NCBI GenBank assembly: GCA_964512925.1
Contig: CAZEKH010000004.1
Coordinates: 2,431-66,430 of the forward strand
DNA: 64,000 bases
Direction of reading: 5' to 3'
Source: an uncultured Candidatus Saccharibacteria bacterium
GTDB taxonomy: Bacteria; Patescibacteriota; Doudnabacteria; UBA920
How positions within the stretch are numbered: position 1 is the first letter of the stretch; the number at the start of each line of letters is the position of its first letter. The notes under the pieces were generated by a model. It saw only the letters and a program-made list of their open reading frames with translations, made no database searches and was not told the DNA's origin. Below are positions 46,013 through 55,555 of the stretch, one piece after another. The translations under genes were made by a program, and so were the position numbers.

Positions 46013-49000
46013 TTGCAGAAACTAAAAATAAAATTTAAAAGGTTTTTTGCAAATAAAACATTCCTTTTTCCCATACTTGTGGGTATTTTTGTGTTAGGTA
46101 TAATTTTTTTCCAAGGAATACTAACAGCAAAAGCTCAGTTAACAGCAAAGAAAGTAGACCCTGGGAGCATTCAGTTTAAAATGGATACTGAAATAAATGG
46201 AAAGAATGATAATCTGGTTAAAGTTGTAAAGGGTAACCCTATCAAAATTAAGGCAATTGTTACTGTCACCGCAGCTTCTGAATCCGGGACCATTGGAGGA
46301 CCGATACAAGATATAAATTATGGTGTTGATGTTTTGGATTTTAATACAACTATTGATAGAAATAGAATTTTGAAAGAGATCGGTGTTGGTATAGAGCCAG
46401 CCCAAGCCGACAAGACATCTTGCGATCAAAAAATAGTTTCAAATTTTATTGTTTGGAAAGATAATACCACTTATATCGCGTGTAATTTTTTTGCAGGATC
46501 AGGAGTTTTGGGCGCAAACGGCCTTAAAATCGGACAATCATATCCTGTTGAAATTTCGTTTGTAATAAATGACACAACAATAAACGGTATGGGGTTAGAC
46601 AAACCCTGTCCCAGAAATTCAAGCAAGACACCTTGTTTAACTGTTTATCCATATGTTTTTATGGATAAAATTGGAATTGATAGAAAAATCGCAGTATCAA
46701 CAGGCGGGAAGGATGTTTATGTGCAGTATTATAATTCGCAAACAGAAATGGATGCGGATACATCCAGGCCGACCGATATACCGGCATATGGTTCCGTGCA
46801 AGGTAATCTTGGCGTTGGCGCAACCGGAAGTGGTTTAGTAGGGTTCATTAACCAAATCATTGGCATTATTGTTGGGGCTTTTAATGAGCTGATTTATTTG
46901 ATTTTCTATTTGGTGGTAGCTCCTCTGCTTCAGGCAATGCTTTCCATCTCAACTTACAAAGATACTTTTGTGGCGGTTATTTACCCGGGCTGGGAGATTA
47001 TCCGCAACATTTGCAACATCATTTTTATCGTGGCGATGATAGCTATCGGACTTGGCACCATCTTGCGCGTAGATTCGTACAACTACAAACATTTGCTGGT
47101 GAATTTGATTCTTGCAGCATTACTCATTAACTTTAGTTTAGTTATTGGACAGATTATACTGGGCATAGCAGACACAGTGCAAAACCAATTTTTGCCCAAC
47201 AATCAGGAAGTCATCCGCGCTTTGGCAAAAGACTTGATGCTGGCATACCGAAGCGAAACTTGGAATTTAAATTACGCGCAAAATGGTTTTTGGGGCAACA
47301 CCTTCAAGCCTTTGTTTTTCCTGGCTATGGCTACGGGCAGTTTTATGATTTTTGTTGCTATAGCCGCGTTTTTGTTTATACGAATTGTGATGCTCTGGAT
47401 ACTTCTTATGGTTTCGCCCATAGCGTATGCCGCCGGGGTTTTGCCTTCTACGGCTAGTTTCAGGCAGACCTGGTGGTCAAACTTCATTAAGTACGCGTTC
47501 TTCACGCCGGTGATGGCTTTCTTCTTAAACCTGACTGCTGTCATTTCCGCAGCTTACAAAAACACTTCCATTCTTCAAACTGTAACATCTGCGGACTTGC
47601 AGAATTCGGATTTAGCAGCTTTTGTCTTTAGACTGGCTAGTAATGTCATCCTGCTGGTGTTTTTGATGGTCGCTATCCAAGCTGCTGACAAGTTCGGCAT
47701 CTATGGCGCTTCCGAGCTCGGCAAAATGGCCAAAGGCGGCCTTATGGCTCCGTTTGCCGGAGCCGGGTGGCTGGGGAAGACAGGATATAAAAATTTCCAG
47801 TTGTGGAAATGGAATGCTACCAAGGCATGGTCGCAGGAAACCGAACCTGGGAAGTCAAAAGTTATTGGTGGGCTTAAAAGGATAGCATTTACCGCAGTGA
47901 ATCCTGAAGCTGTAAAAAAAGCCTTTGAAAAAGATTTTGAAAAGAAATATCACAGGGCAGAGCATGCTGTTGAAGCTGCCGGTTTGGATGTAAAACGACA
48001 AACTCCAGGGTTTAAAGAAGTTGGTATGCCAAGTGAGTTGGCTGAGGTTGAATTACATGCTTTGGATGAAATAAGTAAAGAACGACCTTACTCTGGTAAT
48101 GAGGAGTTAGAGGTGGACTTGGCATTAAACTTATTTAAGCTGGCTAAAACTTCAGAAAAATACCGTCCGGTGGCGGCAGCTAAATTTTTGCAATTAATTG
48201 AGGAAAAAGGTGGTAATGCGTTACTTGCAAAAAGCACTGATGATGAAGGTAAACCCTTTGAATGGACACGCGAGTCTATGAACGCTTATCTAAATAAAAT
48301 GGTAAAAGATGGTGTGTTTTCGAAACAAATGGCCGGTGAATTAAATAACCGTATTAGCAAAATTGCCTATGAAACTAAACAGCGAGCTATGTATGAGGGT
48401 GTATATAGACATGGTGTTCATCCTGGAGTGTTTGAAACTGAAAAAGTAGATTGGGGTGATGAAAAAGGTAAGGTTTGGCGCATAGCCGGACAAAATGATT
48501 ACGAAGCTTTACGCAATTTTTCATATAGCAAGCTTGATTCTGCCATTGTTGAAGACAAGGAAGTGGCGGCACAATTTTTAGAAACCACAAAAGGTTTGGA
48601 TGGCTTGGCTAAAGAGGAAGCGGAAAAAACATTTAAAGCCAGCCTTTTGAAGCAAATGATGAAAGATATATCTGGTCACAGTGGCAAATGGGGTTCAAAA
48701 TACGGCCATGATTTTGAAGAAGCCTTTCAAAAGGATAAAAAATATAATCCTGATGGCAAAGCTAGTTTTAATCATGATCGGTATCATAATTTTGAGGCTT
48801 GGAAAGGAACTATGGATCAAAGAGATTCAAACCTGACCAAAAGAAAAGGACCTAACGATGCTCTTTCCGATGTTCACTGGAATAGCGTTACCGAAACAAT
48901 TAATGGGGCAACCAGGCTTCAGAGCTCTGCGTTGGTGGATTTTTATGATATAAAAGAGGGTGAAAAGTTTCAGGCTGGAAGAGGTTTGCAGCCTAAAGTA

Positions 49001-49252
49001 CTTGCCGGTCTTGAAAGGGCTATCGTTACCTACAAAGATTTGGCAATCAAGGATTTTGAAAATGAAATAAGGCGAAGGACCATTGAAGCTGGCGAAAAGA
49101 TGCCTTCTGATGCTGAAATTACCGAAATGGCAAAGAAAAAGGTTGCTGACTTGCAAACTGTGATTGACAGGTCAAAATATGGAGCGACCACACCCCCAGT
49201 AGTTAAACCCAAAATTGATATGGGTAAGTTAGAAGAAACTGGTATTTCATAA
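46013..49252 (+). CDS. VirB6/TrbL-like polytopic membrane protein
   Basis: GWEIIRNICNIIFI...LILAALLINFSL...RIVMLWILLMVSPIAY...WWSNFIKYAFFTPV core; long charged C-terminus. Confidence 0.75.
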   Translation: MQKLKIKFKRFFANKTFLFPILVGIFVLGIIFFQGILTAKAQLTAKKVDPGSIQFKMDTEINGKNDNLVKVVKGNPIKIKAIVTVTAASESGTIGGPIQDINYGVDVLDFNTTIDRNRILKEIGVGIEPAQADKTSCDQKIVSNFIVWKDNTTYIACNFFAGSGVLGANGLKIGQSYPVEISFVINDTTINGMGLDKPCPRNSSKTPCLTVYPYVFMDKIGIDRKIAVSTGGKDVYVQYYNSQTEMDADTSRPTDIPAYGSVQGNLGVGATGSGLVGFINQIIGIIVGAFNELIYLIFYLVVAPLLQAMLSISTYKDTFVAVIYPGWEIIRNICNIIFIVAMIAIGLGTILRVDSYNYKHLLVNLILAALLINFSLVIGQIILGIADTVQNQFLPNNQEVIRALAKDLMLAYRSETWNLNYAQNGFWGNTFKPLFFLAMATGSFMIFVAIAAFLFIRIVMLWILLMVSPIAYAAGVLPSTASFRQTWWSNFIKYAFFTPVMAFFLNLTAVISAAYKNTSILQTVTSADLQNSDLAAFVFRLASNVILLVFLMVAIQAADKFGIYGASELGKMAKGGLMAPFAGAGWLGKTGYKNFQLWKWNATKAWSQETEPGKSKVIGGLKRIAFTAVNPEAVKKAFEKDFEKKYHRAEHAVEAAGLDVKRQTPGFKEVGMPSELAEVELHALDEISKERPYSGNEELEVDLALNLFKLAKTSEKYRPVAAAKFLQLIEEKGGNALLAKSTDDEGKPFEWTRESMNAYLNKMVKDGVFSKQMAGELNNRISKIAYETKQRAMYEGVYRHGVHPGVFETEKVDWGDEKGKVWRIAGQNDYEALRNFSYSKLDSAIVEDKEVAAQFLETTKGLDGLAKEEAEKTFKASLLKQMMKDISGHSGKWGSKYGHDFEEAFQKDKKYNPDGKASFNHDRYHNFEAWKGTMDQRDSNLTKRKGPNDALSDVHWNSVTETINGATRLQSSALVDFYDIKEGEKFQAGRGLQPKVLAGLERAIVTYKDLAIKDFENEIRRRTIEAGEKMPSDAEITEMAKKKVADLQTVIDRSKYGATTPPVVKPKIDMGKLEETGIS

Positions 49253-49272
49253 TTTTTTGCTTGACTTATCTT

Positions 49273-50286
49273 ATGTCTCAACTAGATAATAATTTGATTG
49301 AAAAAATAAATAAAGCTAAATGGCCTGAAAATCAAAAAAAACTCCTGTTAGAGCTTTTGCCGAATTTTGGTTTGAATTTTCAAAACTTTGTCTTGATTGA
49401 AGCCGGCAAACTGGGTTTTGAATATTTGTCAGAAGTTTTGCCTAAATTAATGCAACAACTTTTAGATATTGGTGTGAGTAAGTTAAAAGATTCTGATGGG
49501 TTTTTGTCCTTATTGGCTTCTGCCCCAGATGATCCAGAAAAGGATTGTGGGCAAATGGTTTTACCTTGGGTTATGGATTTTTATTCTGAAAATAAGGAAA
49601 ACTTTTCAACTTCCGATGAAGTATATGGGGCTTTAGCGTATTTTTTTTCTAAAATGTTTAATTTTTTACCAGAAAAATTCTGCGCTAATTTTTTTGAACA
49701 TTATACATTTTTTTCTTTGATACGCGGTATTGATCTGTTATTTTTGAGTAAAAAGTATATTTATAAAAAAAGATGGGTGGGTGATAGTAATAAAACAAAA
49801 TTTTTTTTAGATGCTTTATTTAAAAATCAGGAGATAATCACAAGTTCCCCAATTACATATTTAGGTTCGAAGGTAAATGGTAATGTATCGGAGATTATAT
49901 CAAAATTTGCAACTTCTAATAACAATTTTAGAAAAATTAGTAGTTTAGAAGTTACTAAATTCGTGTCTGATATTAGGGGCGTGCAAGAAAACGAAAGAAA
50001 GGCTATATTAAAGCTTTTGATTTTGTATTTATGGCTTCTAAGTCCAAATGTGACTGAGTCAGAAATTTATGATGAAGATTATTCAGAGATTTTAACAGAA
50101 ATTGACCCAGGTAAATTTTTTAGAAAGGAAATATTAATTGGTTTTTTTTCACCTGATATTCCCTCCTCAACACAAAATAGTAATTTAGTTATGAAAACCA
50201 GCGATTTTTCAAACGTCGGTTATGTAAACATTGACCAAAAACTGCAGGAGCTTAGGAGGAGGGCGGAGAAGGATGGGAAAGGGTAA
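49273..50286 (+). CDS. hypothetical protein
   Basis: AT-rich ORF ending IDQKLQELRRR. Confidence 0.6.
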   Translation: MSQLDNNLIEKINKAKWPENQKKLLLELLPNFGLNFQNFVLIEAGKLGFEYLSEVLPKLMQQLLDIGVSKLKDSDGFLSLLASAPDDPEKDCGQMVLPWVMDFYSENKENFSTSDEVYGALAYFFSKMFNFLPEKFCANFFEHYTFFSLIRGIDLLFLSKKYIYKKRWVGDSNKTKFFLDALFKNQEIITSSPITYLGSKVNGNVSEIISKFATSNNNFRKISSLEVTKFVSDIRGVQENERKAILKLLILYLWLLSPNVTESEIYDEDYSEILTEIDPGKFFRKEILIGFFSPDIPSSTQNSNLVMKTSDFSNVGYVNIDQKLQELRRRAEKDGKG

Positions 50287-50394
50287 GTGCAAGCTAGTTA
50301 GAGTGTTAGGGAGATAGAGTTAAGAATAAAGAAATTTTGGATAATATTATATATTTTTAAATGTTTAAAGGTTTTATTTTTAAGAATTTATTAA

Positions 50395-50476
50395 AACAAA
50401 AACCCAAAGCCTTGTTGCCTTGAGTTAGGATTTATACCTCTGCCTTTTCAGGCAGAGTCGGGCCGAAGCCATTTGT
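50395..50476 (-). ncRNA. putative small RNA, copy 2 (orphan)
   Basis: Minus-strand TTGACA(50511-50506)-17-TATACT; GGC-TTCG-GCC, CTCTGCCT-GAAA-AGGCAGAG, terminator stem plus T-run. Confidence 0.6.
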
Positions 50477-50527
50477 AAAATTAGTATATAATATATATAA
50501 GATACTGTCAAGAGCAATTTAAAGTTT

Positions 50528-52081
50528 ATGCAACAAGACCAGGTAGAACAAATTAAAAAGCTTGTCAGATCAACAGAGCTTTTAAAAGAAGAAGAAAGGG
50601 CTGAATGGCTTTCGCTTTTTGGCGTGATGAATGACAAACAGCTTTTAGAGCTTAGAAAAATATTAGAAGGGGTGGAAAAAAAGGTTGAAACCCAGTCCGT
50701 GGGACTCGGATATTTGCCAAAAATAGAAGAGAATCCAGTAGCTCAGATGGCTATCAAGCCGAAATTCTCCGAAGAGCCTAAGTCTTTATCTGAAACGGTT
50801 CAAAAAAAGCCGGAGCCTGCGCCTGTGGCTTTGCCAAAACCGACAGTTTTGCCGCCTTTGGAAGCAAAATTACCCGAACTTTTGAAAAAATCCGCGGAAG
50901 ATATAAAAAAGCCGGTAATTTCTCCTAAAAGCCCAAACCTTTCGCATATTTTAAACATCCCTGCTAAAGATCCGGGTGTAAAAAAGCTGATTGCCAACAA
51001 CTTGGGACAAAAATCCAATTTAGAAATCAAAAGCGCACCTAAGATTGCATCAAAAGTATTGAGTGATGAGAGTTTTAAAGGCAGGCAAAATGGATTTTTT
51101 ACTTCTTTAAAATCCTTGCTTGGAAAAAAAGAACTCAAAGCTGGACATCCTGAAGCTGTGCAAGAAAAAGAGCTGCCTGCGCCTCATACCGCTTTAGAAA
51201 AAATGCCGCAAAATTTGCCTGCCCCGCTTGTGTCCAAAGCTCTGGCGCCGGCTGTTTTGCCGAAAACTGAAACACAGAAAACCGGAGATAAAACCGCTGA
51301 AGCAAAACCTTTACCGCCAACTGTGCCTAAACCCCCGGTAAAGTTGCCAGAAAAAAAACCGGAAGCAAAAGTTCCGGACAAGCCCGCGGTCAAATCTGTG
51401 GAATTGCCAAAAATTCAACCCATTGCGTCTACTTTTGGTAAGGGATTGACTTATAATCCAGCTGTCAAAAAAACTGGAGGTTTGGAGGATCAAAAAATCC
51501 TTCAAAAAGTTCCGCTTGCTTCGCCGCAGCCACAGCCGCCAGTAAAGAAAACCATCAGGCCAGATGCTGGAAAAATTTTTGCCGCCGGAGTGCAACTACC
51601 CAATATGCCTGAAGGTTTAAATTTGTCAGATTTTGTAAGAAAACAGGCTCAGTTTTCTGAAAAAAAGCCGGAAAATATTGCTACAGCCCCGGAACAGATG
51701 AAGCGCGCAAATATGCCGGCAGATGTTCAAAGCCTGGAAAGCAAAACCGCTCCCATAATGATGGTTTTAAAATACCCTGATTTTAAACCTCCGGCAATCA
51801 ATGTAGCTTCAGACTTATTATCTTTAAAACTTAAAGATTTTCCGGAAAATCATCCTGCTTTTTCCAACCAGATCAAGGCTTTGGTGAAAAATATCGGTAT
51901 TCATGAAGTTATGGCGCAGTTGGAGCAGAGCCCTCTTTATAAAGCCTATCTAAAAACCGGCACGGATGCGCTTAGTCAAAAGTATAATTTTTCCGAAAAT
52001 TCCGAATCTGAAACGGATTATATGAATTTGGATCAGTTTGAAGGTTTTGCGGATCTGTTGATGCAGGTACAGGCTGAATAA
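50528..52081 (+). CDS. Pro/Lys-rich hypothetical protein
   Basis: Helical termini flanking a low-complexity middle. Confidence 0.65.
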   Translation: MQQDQVEQIKKLVRSTELLKEEERAEWLSLFGVMNDKQLLELRKILEGVEKKVETQSVGLGYLPKIEENPVAQMAIKPKFSEEPKSLSETVQKKPEPAPVALPKPTVLPPLEAKLPELLKKSAEDIKKPVISPKSPNLSHILNIPAKDPGVKKLIANNLGQKSNLEIKSAPKIASKVLSDESFKGRQNGFFTSLKSLLGKKELKAGHPEAVQEKELPAPHTALEKMPQNLPAPLVSKALAPAVLPKTETQKTGDKTAEAKPLPPTVPKPPVKLPEKKPEAKVPDKPAVKSVELPKIQPIASTFGKGLTYNPAVKKTGGLEDQKILQKVPLASPQPQPPVKKTIRPDAGKIFAAGVQLPNMPEGLNLSDFVRKQAQFSEKKPENIATAPEQMKRANMPADVQSLESKTAPIMMVLKYPDFKPPAINVASDLLSLKLKDFPENHPAFSNQIKALVKNIGIHEVMAQLEQSPLYKAYLKTGTDALSQKYNFSENSESETDYMNLDQFEGFADLLMQVQAE

Positions 52082-52182
52082 CGTAGTTTTTAGGCCTATG
52101 TTTTTACTGTTTTTTAATCCTGAACTAGTTAAAAAATAGAAATAAACTAAAAAAACTAGTATAATTATTGTACGAAGTAACA

Positions 52183-52617
52183 ATGCAATTTCCAGTACCA
52201 CAATTTACCGAAGTTGAGGATAAAATTTTTGGTCCCTTGACCCTAAAGCAGTTTGGTATTGTTTTTGGAGCCGGGGTGGTGATATTTTTGGGTTACAGCG
52301 CGACCAAAAGCCTGGCGGTTTTAGTAGTTTTGTTTTTATTGTTTGGACTTCCGGCATTGGGAATAGCCTTTGCTAAGCCAAACGGCAGGCCGCTATACAA
52401 TTCTTTCGGATTTATGTTTAGATTTTATACCAGTCCCAAAGAGTTGATATTCCACCGCGAAGCTCGGTCTGCGGGCGCGATGCCAAAAAATCAAAATCCA
52501 GATCAGGCACCTGCTTCAGTTGACGCGAACCTCGGCACCACTCAGGACAGGCTAAGGGAAGTTAACCAGCTGCTGCAAAAAAATGCACAGGAAGAAAAAG
52601 ATATTTTGAAGATGTAG
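52183..52617 (+). CDS. PrgI-family (VirB3-like) protein
   Basis: MQFPVPQFTEVEDKIFGPLTLKQF, two TMs, NGRP. Confidence 0.88.
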   Translation: MQFPVPQFTEVEDKIFGPLTLKQFGIVFGAGVVIFLGYSATKSLAVLVVLFLLFGLPALGIAFAKPNGRPLYNSFGFMFRFYTSPKELIFHREARSAGAMPKNQNPDQAPASVDANLGTTQDRLREVNQLLQKNAQEEKDILKM

Positions 52618-52688
52618 AAGCCCAAATTTTAAATTAAAAATGTATTTAAGTAATTCAATTTAAAAATATTCGCTGTGTAGGGCACAGT

Positions 52689-52783
52689 CGTTCGACCTCT
52701 CCCGCTCCGATGTCCATCGGGGCACCCTCCCCACCCGCCTGCAGCGATATGTGCAGCATTTCGGGCAGGAGCCTGGGGAGGGA
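52689..52783. repeat. composite palindromic element with two nested modules
   Basis: Same backbone as 58461-58519 and 62418-62469, plus a 36-bp insert at 52734-52769. Confidence 0.8.
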
Positions 52784-52819
52784 AAAACTGTATTAAGTTT
52801 TTATCCTATGAAGTTTGAT

Positions 52820-53494
52820 ATGCAAAATAAAAACAAATCAACCGGCAAAACAACCCAAAGCTTTTTACGCATCGCTGAGATCAAATCCGATACCGCAGTG
52901 ATGGATGACGGGACTTTGAGGGCAATTTTGTCTGTCTCGTCCACCAATTTTGATTTAAAAAGCCAAGACGAGCAAAATGGGATAATATTTAACTTCCAAA
53001 GGTTTTTAAATTCTTTGGATTTTCCCGTTCAAATTTTGATGCAAAGCCGAAAGATGGATGTCGGGGCTTACTTGGAAAAGCTCAAGCGGATTTCGGAAAA
53101 GCAGACTAACGAACTTTTGCGAGTGCAGACCCAGGAATATGTGGAGTTTATCGCCAGGCTGGTGGAAAATGCCAGCATTATGAACAAAAATTTTTATGTT
53201 GTTGTGCCTTTGGGCGAAAGCGTCAATCCGAATGCAGCAGGTTTTTTCAGTAAAATATTTGGAAACGGCAAAGCCAAAGAAGCCAAAGAACGGATTGAGA
53301 ATTTTGAAAAAGCTTCGGAAAAATTGAATTTGCGTGTCAGCGCGGTTTTGTCCAACCTATCCAGCGTGGGGGTAAGATCAGCCAGGCTGAAAACCGAAGA
53401 GATCATCCAACTTTACTACAACTCTTATAATTTTGATGCCGCTCCAAACATAGACGCCACTAAAATCCCGGAAATGGATATTGTTAATACTTAA
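52820..53494 (+). CDS. VirB4/TraC N-terminal-like protein
   Basis: TQSFLRIAEIKSD...NFDLKSQDEQ...FLNSLDFPVQIL...FYVVVP; between prgI and virB4. Confidence 0.75.
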   Translation: MQNKNKSTGKTTQSFLRIAEIKSDTAVMDDGTLRAILSVSSTNFDLKSQDEQNGIIFNFQRFLNSLDFPVQILMQSRKMDVGAYLEKLKRISEKQTNELLRVQTQEYVEFIARLVENASIMNKNFYVVVPLGESVNPNAAGFFSKIFGNGKAKEAKERIENFEKASEKLNLRVSAVLSNLSSVGVRSARLKTEEIIQLYYNSYNFDAAPNIDATKIPEMDIVNT

Positions 53495-53521
53495 ATAAAA
53501 ATATAAAACTACTTCATCACA

Positions 53522-55369
53522 ATGAGTTTATTTGGAAAACACAACCAGGCGGAGATTGACGAAAAAAAAGAAAAGATAAAAGAGCTGGAGTCTGAACGCA
53601 GCGCGTCAAAAAAATTGGACGATGTGGAAAAAACCTACCGCGAGGGACTTACCACTTTGCGGGATTTGATCGCGCCCGCGGCTTTAAAGTTTTCCGGATC
53701 GTATTTTGAACTGAATGGCAAATTCGGCAGAAGTTTTTTTGTGCTGGCTTACCCGAGATTTTTATCCACTAACTGGCTGTCTTTTGTCATTAACGCGGAA
53801 GGGGCTTTGGATGTTTCAATGTTTATTTACCCCATTGATTCGGCAACGATTTTAAAAAAGCTTAAATCCAAAGTCGGGGAAATAGGTTCTCAGATGTCTA
53901 TGAATCAGGAAAAGGGTTCGGTCCGCGACCCAATGCTGGAGACTGCGTACAAAGATGTGGAAGGGCTTCGCGACCAGCTGATGCAGGGAACGGAAAAATA
54001 TTTCCGTTTTGCCTTATATTTTACGATTTATGCGGACGATCTAAAAGAGCTGGATAAAAATTCCGCCACTTTAGAGAGCTCTTTAGGCGCCAAGTTGGTG
54101 GTAACAAAGCGCGCGGTTCTGCAGACTCAGGACGGTCTGAACTCCACTTTGCCTCTGGGTATGGATCTTTTGGATGTTGGAAACAATATGAATACCAGCC
54201 CGCTCTCTACCTGTTTTCCTTTTGTTTCTTCCGATCTGACGACTAATGACGGGATTTTATACGGTATCAACCGGCACAATAACAGTCTGATTTTGTTTGA
54301 CCGTTTTGCAATGGAAAATGCCAATAGCGTGATTTTCGCCAAATCAGGCGCAGGAAAATCCTACGCTGTAAAGCTGGAAGTTTTGCGTTCTCTGATGATG
54401 GGCACTGAAGTTATCATCATAGATCCTGAAAACGAATATAAGCATTTAGCCGAGGCCGTGGGCGGGACTTACTTAAATGTCTCTTTAAACAGCGAATCGC
54501 GGATTAACCCTTTTGATTTGCCAGTGGCTATAGAAGGAGAGCAAAATAGCGAAGTTTTGAGAAGCGCGGTGGTAAATCTTTTAGGTATGTTCAATCTGAT
54601 GCTGGGCAAGTTAAATCCCACTGAAGAAGCGATAATGGACAAGGCGATTTGGCAAACATATGCGAAAAAAGACATTACTCCGGATTTGGCGGACTTTAGA
54701 GGCGCGGAAATGCCGACAATGAACGATCTGGTAGAAATTTTGTCCGGCACTGTGGGAGCGGAAAGTTTGGTTCAGCGCTTAGGCAAATATACGGAAGGGA
54801 CTTTTGCCGGACTGTTTAACCAGCCGACCAATGTGGTTTTAAACAACCAGCTCGTGGTTTTTTCCATTCGCGACCTGGAAGAGGAGCTAAGGCCCATAGC
54901 GATGTATATTGTGCTGAATTATATTTGGAATGTTGTCAGAAGCGAACTCAAGCGTAGGATATTGGCAGTGGACGAAGCCTGGATTTTGATGCAGCACGAA
55001 GACAGCGCCAGGTTTTTATTTGGCATAGCAAAAAGAGGCCGTAAATATTATCTGGGACTTTCAACCATCACTCAGGATGTGGTGGATTTTATGTCCAGCC
55101 CTTACGGCAAGCCGATCGTTACCAATTCTTCCATCCAGCTTTTGCTCAAACAGTCGCCGGCGGCTATCAATGTCATAGCAGAAACTTTTTATCTGACAGA
55201 GGGTGAAAAATATCTGCTTTTAGAAAGCGAAGTCGGGGAAGGCATATTTTTTGCCGGCCTTAAACACGCGGCTATCAAAATTTATGCCTCCTATGTGGAA
55301 GATCAAATCATTACTACTGACCCGAAACAGCTTTTAGAAATTCAGGAAAGCCAGGATAAGCTGAACTAA
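53522..55369 (+). CDS. VirB4-like secretion/conjugation ATPase
   Basis: NANSVIFAKSGAGKS, IIDPENEY, INPFDL, AVDEAW, KRGRKY, ITQDV. Confidence 0.92.
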   Translation: MSLFGKHNQAEIDEKKEKIKELESERSASKKLDDVEKTYREGLTTLRDLIAPAALKFSGSYFELNGKFGRSFFVLAYPRFLSTNWLSFVINAEGALDVSMFIYPIDSATILKKLKSKVGEIGSQMSMNQEKGSVRDPMLETAYKDVEGLRDQLMQGTEKYFRFALYFTIYADDLKELDKNSATLESSLGAKLVVTKRAVLQTQDGLNSTLPLGMDLLDVGNNMNTSPLSTCFPFVSSDLTTNDGILYGINRHNNSLILFDRFAMENANSVIFAKSGAGKSYAVKLEVLRSLMMGTEVIIIDPENEYKHLAEAVGGTYLNVSLNSESRINPFDLPVAIEGEQNSEVLRSAVVNLLGMFNLMLGKLNPTEEAIMDKAIWQTYAKKDITPDLADFRGAEMPTMNDLVEILSGTVGAESLVQRLGKYTEGTFAGLFNQPTNVVLNNQLVVFSIRDLEEELRPIAMYIVLNYIWNVVRSELKRRILAVDEAWILMQHEDSARFLFGIAKRGRKYYLGLSTITQDVVDFMSSPYGKPIVTNSSIQLLLKQSPAAINVIAETFYLTEGEKYLLLESEVGEGIFFAGLKHAAIKIYASYVEDQIITTDPKQLLEIQESQDKLN

Positions 55370-55555
55370 TTTTTAAAATTATTAGATTACACCCGCATCC
55401 TTTCCCCCTCTCCCGTTAGACGGGGGAGCCTGCCCGACTTGGTCATTCAGGCGGGGGTAGGGGTGGGGGTGAATTTTTTTAAAATTCAGTGAAAATTGTC
55501 CCGATGTCAATCGGGATCCCGCTTCGCGGGAAAAATTGGTAATTGAAATTTTTTT

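Noticed and set aside
52751-52819. ORF-track N-terminal extension MQHFGQEPGEGK
   Set aside because: Derives from the palindromic repeat; the real start is more likely ATG 52808 or 52820.
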